In this document: one piece after another, positions 31,731-40,800 of the stretch | Layout of the letters: each line of letters starts with the position of its first letter | Position numbering within the stretch: position 1 is the first letter of the stretch | Assembly: GCF_014647755.1 (NCBI RefSeq) | Contig: NZ_BMPU01000001.1 | Location: forward strand, 850,382-914,381 | DNA length: 64,000 nt | Source: Porphyromonas pasteri | GTDB lineage: Bacteria > Bacteroidota > Bacteroidia > Bacteroidales > Porphyromonadaceae | Direction of reading: 5' to 3' | The notes under the pieces: generated by a model | The model's database searches: none | Told to the model about the DNA's origin: nothing | The model's input: the letters and a program-made list of their open reading frames with translations, nothing else | Translations under genes and position numbers: made by a program

Positions 31731-33137
31731 TTAGACCGCAGGGAGGTTCATCCCCGTGATGCGGCGATAGAGGTCGAGGGCATAGATATCCGTCATCCCC
31801 GAGATATAGTCCAGCGTGCTCTGGATGCGTCCGTACATCGAGGACTGCCCCATCTCATACTGGCTACTTACGCGACTGAGGAGCGTGCGGCTGTACTGGT
31901 AGTCGGGGTGAAGCTGTGCCTCGAGGAGCTGATCCAGCAGGGCGGTGAAGATACGATGCCCTGCGAGCTCGACGTCGACGACCTCGCGAGCCCGATAGAT
32001 GCGGGCATAGGCCGTCTGGCTACATGCCTCGTAGGCAGCCTTCGTGCGTGGCTCGAGGTGATGGATGAGGCTACCAGAGAAGGTCCCCGCGAGGATCTCC
32101 CGCTCAGCATCGAGGAAGATACCTGCGGCCTCCTCGACCAAGAGGTTGATGACCTTGGAGCGCAGGTAAGCCGTCTGCTCGTTGGGATCAGTGATATGCC
32201 GAAGGCCCTGCTGCACCTCCCGAAGCTCCGCCTCGGAGAAGAAGGCCGAGAGCAACCCCTGTGCCTCCTCACGACTCAGGATGTGGAGCTTCGCGGCATC
32301 CTCGATGTCCATAATCTGATAGCATATATCGTCTGCGGCCTCCACGAGGTAGACCAGCGGATGGCGGGCATAGCTCAGCGCTGAGGCGGTGCGTCGCTCG
32401 AGACCCAGCTCTGTGGCGACCTCCTTCATCGTCTCCTCTTCGGTGGCGAAGAAGCCGAACTTACTCTTCCCCCCTGCCAAGAGACTGCTGTAGGGATACT
32501 TCACGATGCTCGCCACCGTGCTATACGTCAGGGCAAAGCCCCCAGGACGGCGACCACGGAACTGATGTGTCAGGAGGCGGAAGGCATTCGCATTCCCCTC
32601 GAAGTAGAGGAAGTCCTCCCAGCGTCCGCCCTCGGCACGTACCAAAGGCTCCCAGCGCTTCCCTGGGCCTTCACCGAAGTAAGCGCTGATCGCACGCTCT
32701 CCGCTGTGTCCGAAGGGCGGATTCCCCATATCGTGTGCCAGACACGCAGCGCTGACGATGGCACTGATCCCCGAGCGGAAGGGCGTCTCACGATCGGAGG
32801 GATAGCGCTCGGAGAGCACCTCCCCGACGATGTTGCCCAGCGAGCGCCCGAGGCAGCTCACCTCGAGGCTATGCGTCAGGCGGTTGTGCACGAAGATGTT
32901 CCCAGGGAGTGGGAAGACCTGCGTCTTATTCTGTAGGCGACGGAAGGCAGGCGAGAAGACTAAGCGGTCATAGTCCCGCTCGAAGTCGCTTCGTGCCCAG
33001 CCCCGCGACTGGGGGCGCTCTGCGCGGTCTGCACCCAGACGGCGGTCAGAGAGGAGTTGGGTCCAATGCATTGGCTTAGGATCGAGAGCGAGCAGGGAGA
33101 CTCCCCGCTCGTAGTAAGGAGATGAATGATACCACAA
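31731..33137 (-). CDS. dGTP triphosphohydrolase-like HD-domain protein (dGTPase family)
   Basis: 468 aa. HD motif region ...FVHNRLTHSLEVSCLGRSLG... and ...ACLAHDMGNPPFGHSGE... are typical of the Dgt family. Confidence 0.8.
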   Translation of the reverse strand: MWYHSSPYYERGVSLLALDPKPMHWTQLLSDRRLGADRAERPQSRGWARSDFERDYDRLVFSPAFRRLQNKTQVFPLPGNIFVHNRLTHSLEVSCLGRSLGNIVGEVLSERYPSDRETPFRSGISAIVSAACLAHDMGNPPFGHSGERAISAYFGEGPGKRWEPLVRAEGGRWEDFLYFEGNANAFRLLTHQFRGRRPGGFALTYSTVASIVKYPYSSLLAGGKSKFGFFATEEETMKEVATELGLERRTASALSYARHPLVYLVEAADDICYQIMDIEDAAKLHILSREEAQGLLSAFFSEAELREVQQGLRHITDPNEQTAYLRSKVINLLVEEAAGIFLDAEREILAGTFSGSLIHHLEPRTKAAYEACSQTAYARIYRAREVVDVELAGHRIFTALLDQLLEAQLHPDYQYSRTLLSRVSSQYEMGQSSMYGRIQSTLDYISGMTDIYALDLYRRITGMNLPAV

Positions 33138-33194
33138 AGGTAGTGCATCTAAGCGCTTTAACCCTCATCTCCCCCGAGATCAGGATACATGCCC

Positions 33195-33670
33195 CGAAGG
33201 AGGTGATGTGAACTAATATAGGTCGGCGCGCTGACCTATATTGAGATTGTTGCACAGAGTCCTGTTTCCTATTTAGAGTGCTAAGGCATCGTGCGCCCAG
33301 CTCCCCGATACACCTCTCCGAAGTGACCGAGCAAGCCCTACGCCTTATCACATATATTCCTCTTATCCTGCGAAGGAAAAAGTGTCCTTCTCATGAAGGA
33401 AAGAGCGCCTTCACATAGTGGTTTTTCAGTATCTATGCACGTAGTCTTAAAGACTAGGTACGTAAATCCAAATGTCCACGTACGTAGATATTAGAGCCAC
33501 GTACGTAGCCCAAACTTATTTGCCACTCGTCCACAACTTTTATCCCTACGCGGAGCAACAGTCTCATATTGGTCGAGAAGCGAAGCTATATAGGTCGATA
33601 TATGTGACCTATATTGGTTCGAGCAGTGACCTATATAGGTTCGTCCGGTGACCTATATAGGTCGCTATCC
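33195..33670. repeat. copy (c) of the ACGT-palindrome repeat family (forward orientation) with 5 x 22-bp-phased TGACC-TATATA-GGTCA sites at its right end
   Basis: Left boundary hairpin AATATAGGTC-ggcgcgc-TGACCTATATT (33215-33242). Core 33263-33560 is collinear with 40801-41095. Phased sites start at ~33561, 33582, 33604, 33626 and 33648. Confidence 0.8.
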
Positions 33671-33923
33671 CCCTCCTCCACAGCTCGGAGCAGCGAAGCG
33701 ATATACATCTGAATATCAATCACTAACGAAGCGCCTTTAGTCTCCCATTTCCCCGCTCTACTCTTCGGCACAGCGACATCCTTTGCTCCCAGGATAATAG
33801 GAGGAGCGAAATGCCCGTTTGAGCTAGTAGCTAAGTGATCACACGGAGCGGCCTCTTTTGTGGATATATCCCTATATTTGCAGTATATAGATGCCCCCAA
33901 TTAACTACACATCATAGCGACTT

Positions 33924-35591
33924 ATGAAACGAATCAAACATTACCTTCTCCTCTTAGCAGTCCTTGCCCTCGGGCTCTCCAGCTGTAGCAAGGACCAAGC
34001 TTACCAGCATGCCCTGCCGGCTGATGCCTTCTCGGTATGCTCCTTCGACCTCAAGTCCATGGCCAAGAAAGCCGGCGTCACCAACAGTAAGGATGGCGAG
34101 CTACAGAAGCGTCTCACCGAGATGCTGAGCGACAGCGAGGAGGCCGAAGCCTACTACAAGGAGCTCATCCAAAACCCCAGCAAGAGCGGTGTCGACCTCA
34201 AGAGCCCCGTCTTCCTCTTCTCCAATGAAAAGGTCAGCCTCGGCTACCTCCTGCGTGTAGATGACAAGAGCAAGCTCGAGGCCTGTGTGAACAAGCTCCG
34301 TAAGCTCCGCAACAAGGATGCTGCAGCTCTCAAGGCCGAGGACGGCATCTTCTTCGATATCGACGAAGACTCCACCGAACCCGAAGATGTCGAATACGAT
34401 GAGAGTGAGTACGACACCATCGAAGAGACCAGCGACACGACAGCCCACCAGTCCCCGATCTCTACCTATCATGCCTCAGGGAATGTCACGGTCTACGCCT
34501 TCAATGACAAGGCTTTCATCTCCCTCAACACCAGCGAGTCGACCATCGAAGAGACGAAGCAGCTCGCTAAGCAGTACCTCAGCCAGACCAAGGACAAGAG
34601 CTATGTAGCTACCCCAGCCTTCCGTGACCTCGAGGACCAGAAGGGCGATATCCGCGGTGTCCTCTCGATGTCAAAGTTCCTGGACTCCAGCTATGGCAAA
34701 TCAATGACTAAGAACATTGTAGGCCTTTCGGATGCCACCAACTTCGATGGCATCGATATGAAGAAGTGCTACATGCTCTACTCAGTCTCCTTCGAGACGG
34801 GCGAAGTCGTAGGTACCATGACCTATGGTAGCGAAGACAAGGAGATCCTTAAGAAGCTCAAGAAGATCGCCGAGGAAGTCTCTCCCAAGTCCGTACAGGA
34901 TGACCTCGTGAAGTACCTCCCCAAGGATAGCTACATAACCGCTGCTGCTACGATCAGCGCACAGAAGCTCCTCGAGCACTACAGCAAGCTCCCTACCTTC
35001 AAGGAAGCACTCTCAAACCTCAAGGAGGAAGGTATCGATATCGAAGCTATTGCTCCCACCCTCGGAGAGGAGATCGCCTTCACCTTCCCCCACATCAACG
35101 CGGAGCAGTCGGAATTCGGCCTCGTAGGCTACCTCAAGACGAAGGATGCTACGCTCGTGGACATGCTCTACCAGCAGGCTGAGAAGGAGCACTCTGGCAG
35201 ATACATCAAGGACGGTGGTGAGCACCGCTATCGCAATGCGGATGATCCCTTCTTCTTCGGCTACCAAGATGGTGTGACCTATATGGCCTACGGCGGTATG
35301 GGAAGAGAGCTGCTCTTCAAGACGTCGGGTGAGAACTTCACGAAGCACAGCGACTACAGCTCGCTCAAGAAGGGCAACAGCTTCTCCTACATCGACCTGA
35401 AGAAGCTCCTGACGACGGCTCCTACCTCTGATCTGCTCCAGATGTTTATCGGCGAGAAGGCCAAGGCCTTCCGCGTCCTCCAGTCCCTGAGCTTCACGGC
35501 CACCAATCTCGATGGTAAGATGAGCCTGAAGATCGACTCGAAGGAGAACTCGCTGAAGACGCTCGCAGACCTCTTCGCCGCCCTGCGATAA
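33924..35591 (+). CDS. hypothetical lipoprotein (Bacteroidetes DUF-type, ~555 aa)
   Basis: Signal peptide with lipobox (LALGLSSCSKD). Acidic low-complexity segment; no enzymatic motif recognised. Confidence 0.6.
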   Translation: MKRIKHYLLLLAVLALGLSSCSKDQAYQHALPADAFSVCSFDLKSMAKKAGVTNSKDGELQKRLTEMLSDSEEAEAYYKELIQNPSKSGVDLKSPVFLFSNEKVSLGYLLRVDDKSKLEACVNKLRKLRNKDAAALKAEDGIFFDIDEDSTEPEDVEYDESEYDTIEETSDTTAHQSPISTYHASGNVTVYAFNDKAFISLNTSESTIEETKQLAKQYLSQTKDKSYVATPAFRDLEDQKGDIRGVLSMSKFLDSSYGKSMTKNIVGLSDATNFDGIDMKKCYMLYSVSFETGEVVGTMTYGSEDKEILKKLKKIAEEVSPKSVQDDLVKYLPKDSYITAAATISAQKLLEHYSKLPTFKEALSNLKEEGIDIEAIAPTLGEEIAFTFPHINAEQSEFGLVGYLKTKDATLVDMLYQQAEKEHSGRYIKDGGEHRYRNADDPFFFGYQDGVTYMAYGGMGRELLFKTSGENFTKHSDYSSLKKGNSFSYIDLKKLLTTAPTSDLLQMFIGEKAKAFRVLQSLSFTATNLDGKMSLKIDSKENSLKTLADLFAALR

Positions 35592-35778
35592 TCCCTCACG
35601 ATCAGCGCTCTGCACCGAGCGCCCCCCTTACGCAGTGCCTCGCCCCTCGATCTGAGGAGCGGGGCACTGCGCATTTAGCGGGCACTCACCCGCCAGATAG
35701 TCGGAATAGAATGCGTACCTTTGTGCCACTGTGCAAGGGATTTGCACGACGTACATTCCATCATTTACTCCCTCCCGC

Positions 35779-37086
35779 ATGCAGCAAGATACCCCTACAT
35801 TTTCGCCGAAGCGATGGGGCTGGTTCGGTCTGAGCCCTCTCATCGTCTTCCTCTCCGTCTATCTACTGACCTCGATTTGTGCAGGGGACTTCTATAAGAT
35901 GCCCATCACGGTGGCCTTCACAGTAGCCTCGATCTATGCCGTCGCTATCACCCGCGGCATCAAGCTCGAGGAGCGTATCCGCCAGTACTCACGTGGTGCC
36001 TCCGACCCGAATATCCTCCTGATGATCTGGATCTTCGTCTTGGCTGGTGCCTTCGCTACAGGTGCTAAGAGTATGGGTGCCATTGACGCGACCGTGAACC
36101 TCATCCTCTCGCTCCTCCCCTCCTCGCTCCTCCTCCCTGGACTCTTCATCGCGGCGTGCTTCATCTCCCTCTCCATCGGCACGAGTGTCGGCACGGTCAT
36201 CGCCCTCGTACCCATCGCCCTCGGGCTCGGTGAGAGCCTCGGGCTATCGAATGCCTATGTAGCTGCCGTCGTCACGGGGGGCGCCTTCTTCGGCGACAAC
36301 CTCTCGTTCATCTCCGACACGACTATCGCTGCGACCCGCACACAGGGCTGTAGCATGAAGGATAAGTTCCGTGCGAACATCGCTATCGTCCTACCAGCCG
36401 CCATCATCGCTCTCGTCCTCTACTTCGTCGTCGGGCTGGAGCTCCCTGCCGTACGTCCCTCGGGCGAAGGCTCCTTCCTCCTCACCCTCCCCTACCTCCT
36501 TGTCCTCGTGGCGGCCGTCGCTGGAATGAACGTGCTGGGCGTCCTCACCCTCGGCATCATCGCCTGCGGTGCTGTCGGGCTGGGTACAGGTACGCTACCC
36601 GCCTGGGACTGGATAGCCGCTCTCGGCAGTGGTATCACGGGCATGGGCGAGCTAATCATCGTGACACTGATGGCAGGCGGTGTACTCGAGCTCATCCGCT
36701 ACAACGGCGGTATCGATTACCTCCTCAGGCACCTCACGCGTGGCATCAGTGGCAAGCGCGGGGCTGAGCTGACTATCGCTATCCTAGTCTCTGTGGCCAA
36801 CCTCTGCACAGCAAACAATACGATCGCTATCCTCACCACGGGCAAGGTATCCCGTGAGATCACGAAGCAGTACGGCCTCGATCCTCGCAAGACGGCAAGT
36901 ATCCTCGATACCTTCTCCTGCTTCGTGCAGGGACTCATCCCCTATGGTGCACAGCTCCTCCTTGCTTCGAAGCTCGCAGGTGTGTCGCCCATGGACATCG
37001 TCCCCAACCTCTACTATCCCTTCATCATGGGTGGCTGCGCACTGCTCTCGATCCTCCTGCGCTTCCCACGCCGCTACTCCCGCTGA
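35779..37086 (+). CDS. Na+/H+ antiporter NhaC family protein
   Basis: Polytopic membrane protein with NhaC-like glycine-rich TM helices. Start is uncertain (an upstream Met at 35731 also exists). Confidence 0.65.
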   Translation: MQQDTPTFSPKRWGWFGLSPLIVFLSVYLLTSICAGDFYKMPITVAFTVASIYAVAITRGIKLEERIRQYSRGASDPNILLMIWIFVLAGAFATGAKSMGAIDATVNLILSLLPSSLLLPGLFIAACFISLSIGTSVGTVIALVPIALGLGESLGLSNAYVAAVVTGGAFFGDNLSFISDTTIAATRTQGCSMKDKFRANIAIVLPAAIIALVLYFVVGLELPAVRPSGEGSFLLTLPYLLVLVAAVAGMNVLGVLTLGIIACGAVGLGTGTLPAWDWIAALGSGITGMGELIIVTLMAGGVLELIRYNGGIDYLLRHLTRGISGKRGAELTIAILVSVANLCTANNTIAILTTGKVSREITKQYGLDPRKTASILDTFSCFVQGLIPYGAQLLLASKLAGVSPMDIVPNLYYPFIMGGCALLSILLRFPRRYSR

Positions 37087-37092
37087 CCCGTC

Positions 37093-37638
37093 ATGCCTAC
37101 CATCGAGCTATACCCTATACCTTGGGGACAAGAGCCCCCAGCACATCTGCGACAGATCTATGAGGAAGCCTTCCCTCCCGAAGAGCGTCGTCCGTGGACG
37201 CAGCTCTTCGGCCCAGAGCGCTGCGAACATATAGCTCAGCTCATCCTCTCCGATGACGAGGTCGTGGGCTTCGTCGTAGGCTGGGAGCTACCTTCATCAC
37301 ATTACTTTGAGTACCTTGTCATTGATCCCAATCGAAGAGGACAAGGCCTTGGTAGTAAGGTACTCCAGCTGCTGGGACAGCTCTACGATGACGAATATCC
37401 CATCGTCCTCGAAGCCGAACCAGCGGGCTACTCACCGATGGCGGAGCGACGCTTAGCCTTCTATGCACGCTTTGGGCTCATCGTACAGCCCTTCGACTAC
37501 CGCCAGCCACCCTATGGAGCAGACCTCCCCTGGGTCGATCTACACTTACTCTCTAATCGCTCTCTGCAGGAAGCAGACTTCCTCCGCATCCAGCAGGAGA
37601 TCCACCGCCAAGTCTACCGTATCTCTTCAGACAAGTAA
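37093..37638 (+). CDS. GNAT family N-acetyltransferase
   Basis: 181 aa. ...NRRGQGLGSKVL... matches the acetyl-CoA-binding motif A (Q/RxxGxG/A). Confidence 0.7.
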   Translation: MPTIELYPIPWGQEPPAHLRQIYEEAFPPEERRPWTQLFGPERCEHIAQLILSDDEVVGFVVGWELPSSHYFEYLVIDPNRRGQGLGSKVLQLLGQLYDDEYPIVLEAEPAGYSPMAERRLAFYARFGLIVQPFDYRQPPYGADLPWVDLHLLSNRSLQEADFLRIQQEIHRQVYRISSDK

Positions 37639-37662
37639 TGTCTATCCAACAAGTAAAGCCCT

Positions 37663-38811
37663 ATGAATAACTTCACCTTCCGCAATCCCACCAAGCTCGT
37701 CTTCGGCAAAGACAGCATCCTGGAGCTCCCGAAGCTCCTTCCCTCAGATGCCAAGATCCTCCTCACCTTCGGCGGGGGTAGCGTCAAGCGTAATGGTGTC
37801 TACGAAGCCGTCATCAGTCAGCTCAGTGGCTTCCAGACCGTAGAGTTCTGGGGCATCGAACCTAACCCCAAGGTAGAGACCCTGCGTAAGGCTATCGCAC
37901 TTGGGAAGCAGGAGGGAGTCACCTTCGTCCTCGCAGTGGGCGGAGGGAGTGTCCTCGATGCCAGCAAGCTTATCGTCAATGCTATCCCCTCGGAGCGTGA
38001 TGCTTGGGATCTCGTACTACATGGGGCTGACCGAAGCGTCCAGACCCTTCCACTTGGCACCGTGCTGACGATCCCCGCTACGGGCTCAGAGATGAACCGT
38101 GGAGCCGTGATCTCCAGCGAAGCGACACATGAGAAGTTCGGCTTCTACAACGAATATCCTCTATTCTCGATCCTCGATCCGAGCTATACCTATTCCCTAC
38201 CCGACTACCAGATAGCGTGCGGTATCGCCGATAGCTTCATCCACGTCGTAGAGCAGTACCTCACCCGTGTCGGGGAGAGTCCTCTCATGGATCGCTGGGC
38301 AGAAGGCATTCTACTCACCCTCATCGAGGAGGCAGACAAGATCAAGGCTCAGCCTGCAGACTACGATGCACGTGCCACCTTCATGCTCTCGGCGACGATG
38401 GCACTCAATGGCTTCATCTCTATGGGCGTGACACAAGACTGGGCGACCCATCGCATAGGGCATGAGATCACGGCTCTCACGGGGCTAACGCATGGTCACA
38501 CACTGGTCATCGTCCTACCCGCCCTCCTCAGAGAGCAGGCTGGCAAGGGGAAGCATGCCAAGCTCCTGCAGTATGCCTCCCGTATCTGGGGTCTTACCGA
38601 GGGTAGTGAGGACGAACGCATCACTCAGGCTATCGACAAGACGGAAGCATTCTTCCGTTCGCTTGGTCTCGAGACGCGTCTCGCTGAGCGTGGCTTCGGA
38701 GATGACCTACGCGAAGAGGTCGTCCGTCGCTTCCGTGAGCGTGGCACCCTCCTCGGTGAAGATCAAGACATCGACCACGAAGCAGTAGCACGCATCCTTG
38801 CTCGCTGCTAA
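37663..38811 (+). CDS. iron-containing (group III) alcohol dehydrogenase
   Basis: 382 aa. GGGSVLDASK (NAD-binding GGGS motif) and a metal-binding His cluster (HRIGHEITALTGLTHG). Confidence 0.8.
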   Translation: MNNFTFRNPTKLVFGKDSILELPKLLPSDAKILLTFGGGSVKRNGVYEAVISQLSGFQTVEFWGIEPNPKVETLRKAIALGKQEGVTFVLAVGGGSVLDASKLIVNAIPSERDAWDLVLHGADRSVQTLPLGTVLTIPATGSEMNRGAVISSEATHEKFGFYNEYPLFSILDPSYTYSLPDYQIACGIADSFIHVVEQYLTRVGESPLMDRWAEGILLTLIEEADKIKAQPADYDARATFMLSATMALNGFISMGVTQDWATHRIGHEITALTGLTHGHTLVIVLPALLREQAGKGKHAKLLQYASRIWGLTEGSEDERITQAIDKTEAFFRSLGLETRLAERGFGDDLREEVVRRFRERGTLLGEDQDIDHEAVARILARC

Positions 38812-38841
38812 TCCCCCCTTATCATACACAAAACCTCCTCT

Positions 38842-40662
38842 ATGACTCTTGCCATCCTTGCCGTCTCACCCCAAGGGATCCAGACGGCTAAGCCAATCCT
38901 ATCCAACTATCCCGATGCTCGCCTCTTCTCCACTCACCCTGGGGAAGGGGTCGAGCACATCGATCATATCCAGTCGTTCGTAGCCGAGCAGTTCACCGCA
39001 TTCGAAGGGTGGATCTTCATCGGAGCTATGGGTATCTGTGTGCGTAGCATCGCTCCACTGATCGGGCACAAGTACACCGATCCAGCGGTGATCAACATCG
39101 ACAGCACGGGGCGCCACGTCGTCTCCGTCCTCTCTGGACACATCGGCGGTGCCAACGAGCTGACACGTGACCTCGCCGCCCTCCTCAGTGCCGAGCCCGT
39201 CATCAGCACGCAGACTGACAATACAGGCCTGTGGGCTCTGGATCTCTTCTCTCGCCGCTATGGCTGGGTGACCAAGGCCAGCTCCGAGGGGCTGAACCGC
39301 CCCATCGCTCTCTATACAAATGGAGAGAAGACCGCCCTCCTCCTCGAGGTGCAGGACAAGGGTACAAGCGAGCTGGAGCGTACCAAGGCCGACCATGTCG
39401 ACGTCTATTACTCACGTGAGGAGCTTATCCCTCGTCTCTCCGAGTACGCGCTGCTCCTCGTCGTCTCCTACCGAGCACTGGAGACCGACCTACTCCCCGT
39501 CGTGCACTTCATCCCGCCCGTATTGAGCCTCGGCCTCGGCTGCCGCTATCAGTGCGACCCCAAGGATATTGTCAGCTATATCCTCGGTGAGATACACCGT
39601 CACGGCTTCTTCCCCGAGGCCATCCACCATTTGGCGACCATCGATCTCAAGAAGGACGAGCCGCTCCTGCATGAGCTCGCCGCGACCCTCCAGCTCACTC
39701 CCGAGATCTACACCGCAGCCGACCTGGCAGACGTAGAGGTCGCTAATCCCTCGAAGAAGGTCCACGAGGTGACGGGCGTATGGGGCGTAGCTGAGAGCAC
39801 GGCACGCTATGCTGCCTCCCTCGGCAGTCTTGTCCTCGAGAAGCAGAAGGGCATGCTCCACAATGGCAATGACTTCACCTTCGCTCTGGCTGTAGAGCGC
39901 AGTGCAGAGCGCCGCGGACATATCGAGATCGTCGGTGCAGGTCCTGGTGACCCCGACCTCATCTCCATCCGTGGTCGTCAGTGGCTGGAGATCGCTGACC
40001 TCATCCTCTATGCGGGAAGCCTCGTCCCTCGTGCTCTCACGCTATGCGCTAAGCCAGGTGCTACGGTGCGTAGCTCTGCTGACATGAACCTCGAGGAGCA
40101 GTTCGCTCTGATGAAGGAGTTCTACGACAAGGGTCTCATCGTCGCCCGCCTTCACACCGGTGACCCCTGTATCTACGGGGCTATCCAGGAGCAGATGGCC
40201 TTCTTCGATGCCTATGGGATGAGCTACCATATCACCCCAGGGATCTCGTCCTTCCAGGCGGCAGCTGCAGAGCTCCGCTCACAGTTCACCATCCCCGAGA
40301 AGACGCAGACCATCATCTTGACGCGTGGCGAAGGCCGCACGAAGATGCCCGAGACGGAGCAGCTTCACCTCTTGGCTCGCTCACAGAGCACGATGTGTAT
40401 CTTCCTCAGCGCGGGTATCGTCGACGACGTACAGCGCCAGCTCCTTGAGCACTATCCCGAGGATACGCCCGTCGCGGCCTGCTACCACCTGACGTGGCCT
40501 GACCAGCGTATCTACCGTGGCGTACTGCGTGACCTCGCACAGATTGTCCACGAGAACAAGCTCACCCTGACGACGATGATCGTCGTCGGCGAAGCCATCG
40601 ACAATCGCAAGGGGCTCTCTCGCCTCTATGCCGATGAGTTCAAGCACCTCTTCCGCAAGTAG
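38842..40662 (+). CDS. bifunctional cobalamin-biosynthesis CbiG / precorrin C17-methyltransferase (CbiH/CobJ-like) fusion
   Basis: N-terminal CbiG-like half. C-terminal class-III SAM methyltransferase (tetrapyrrole methylase) with IEIVGAGPGDPDLISIRG motif. Confidence 0.75.
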   Translation: MTLAILAVSPQGIQTAKPILSNYPDARLFSTHPGEGVEHIDHIQSFVAEQFTAFEGWIFIGAMGICVRSIAPLIGHKYTDPAVINIDSTGRHVVSVLSGHIGGANELTRDLAALLSAEPVISTQTDNTGLWALDLFSRRYGWVTKASSEGLNRPIALYTNGEKTALLLEVQDKGTSELERTKADHVDVYYSREELIPRLSEYALLLVVSYRALETDLLPVVHFIPPVLSLGLGCRYQCDPKDIVSYILGEIHRHGFFPEAIHHLATIDLKKDEPLLHELAATLQLTPEIYTAADLADVEVANPSKKVHEVTGVWGVAESTARYAASLGSLVLEKQKGMLHNGNDFTFALAVERSAERRGHIEIVGAGPGDPDLISIRGRQWLEIADLILYAGSLVPRALTLCAKPGATVRSSADMNLEEQFALMKEFYDKGLIVARLHTGDPCIYGAIQEQMAFFDAYGMSYHITPGISSFQAAAAELRSQFTIPEKTQTIILTRGEGRTKMPETEQLHLLARSQSTMCIFLSAGIVDDVQRQLLEHYPEDTPVAACYHLTWPDQRIYRGVLRDLAQIVHENKLTLTTMIVVGEAIDNRKGLSRLYADEFKHLFRK

Positions 40663-40702
40663 TCTCTCGCGCTACCCAAGAGAGTAGCCAACGAGAGCAA
40701 AA

Positions 40703-40751
40703 GGTCACGGCCTCCATCCCTACCGAGTAGAGATGGAGGCCGTGACCTTTT
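40703..40751. repeat. 45-bp palindromic hairpin element, copy 1 (also serves as cbiG terminator)
   Basis: GGTCACGGCCTCCATCCCTAC-cgag-TAGAGATGGAGGCCGTGACC, preceded by CAAAA and followed by TTTTAT. Near-identical to 44071-44117. Confidence 0.75.
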
Positions 40752-40800
40752 ATATGGGGAGCGTATATCTGCTTAGATGAGGCTGTAGCCGAGAGTCCAG

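Noticed and set aside
31650-32384. 244-aa plus-strand ORF and a 366-aa ORF (30499-31599) opposite manA/dGTPase.
   Set aside because: These are antisense shadows of the manA and dGTPase genes, whose products carry clear family motifs.
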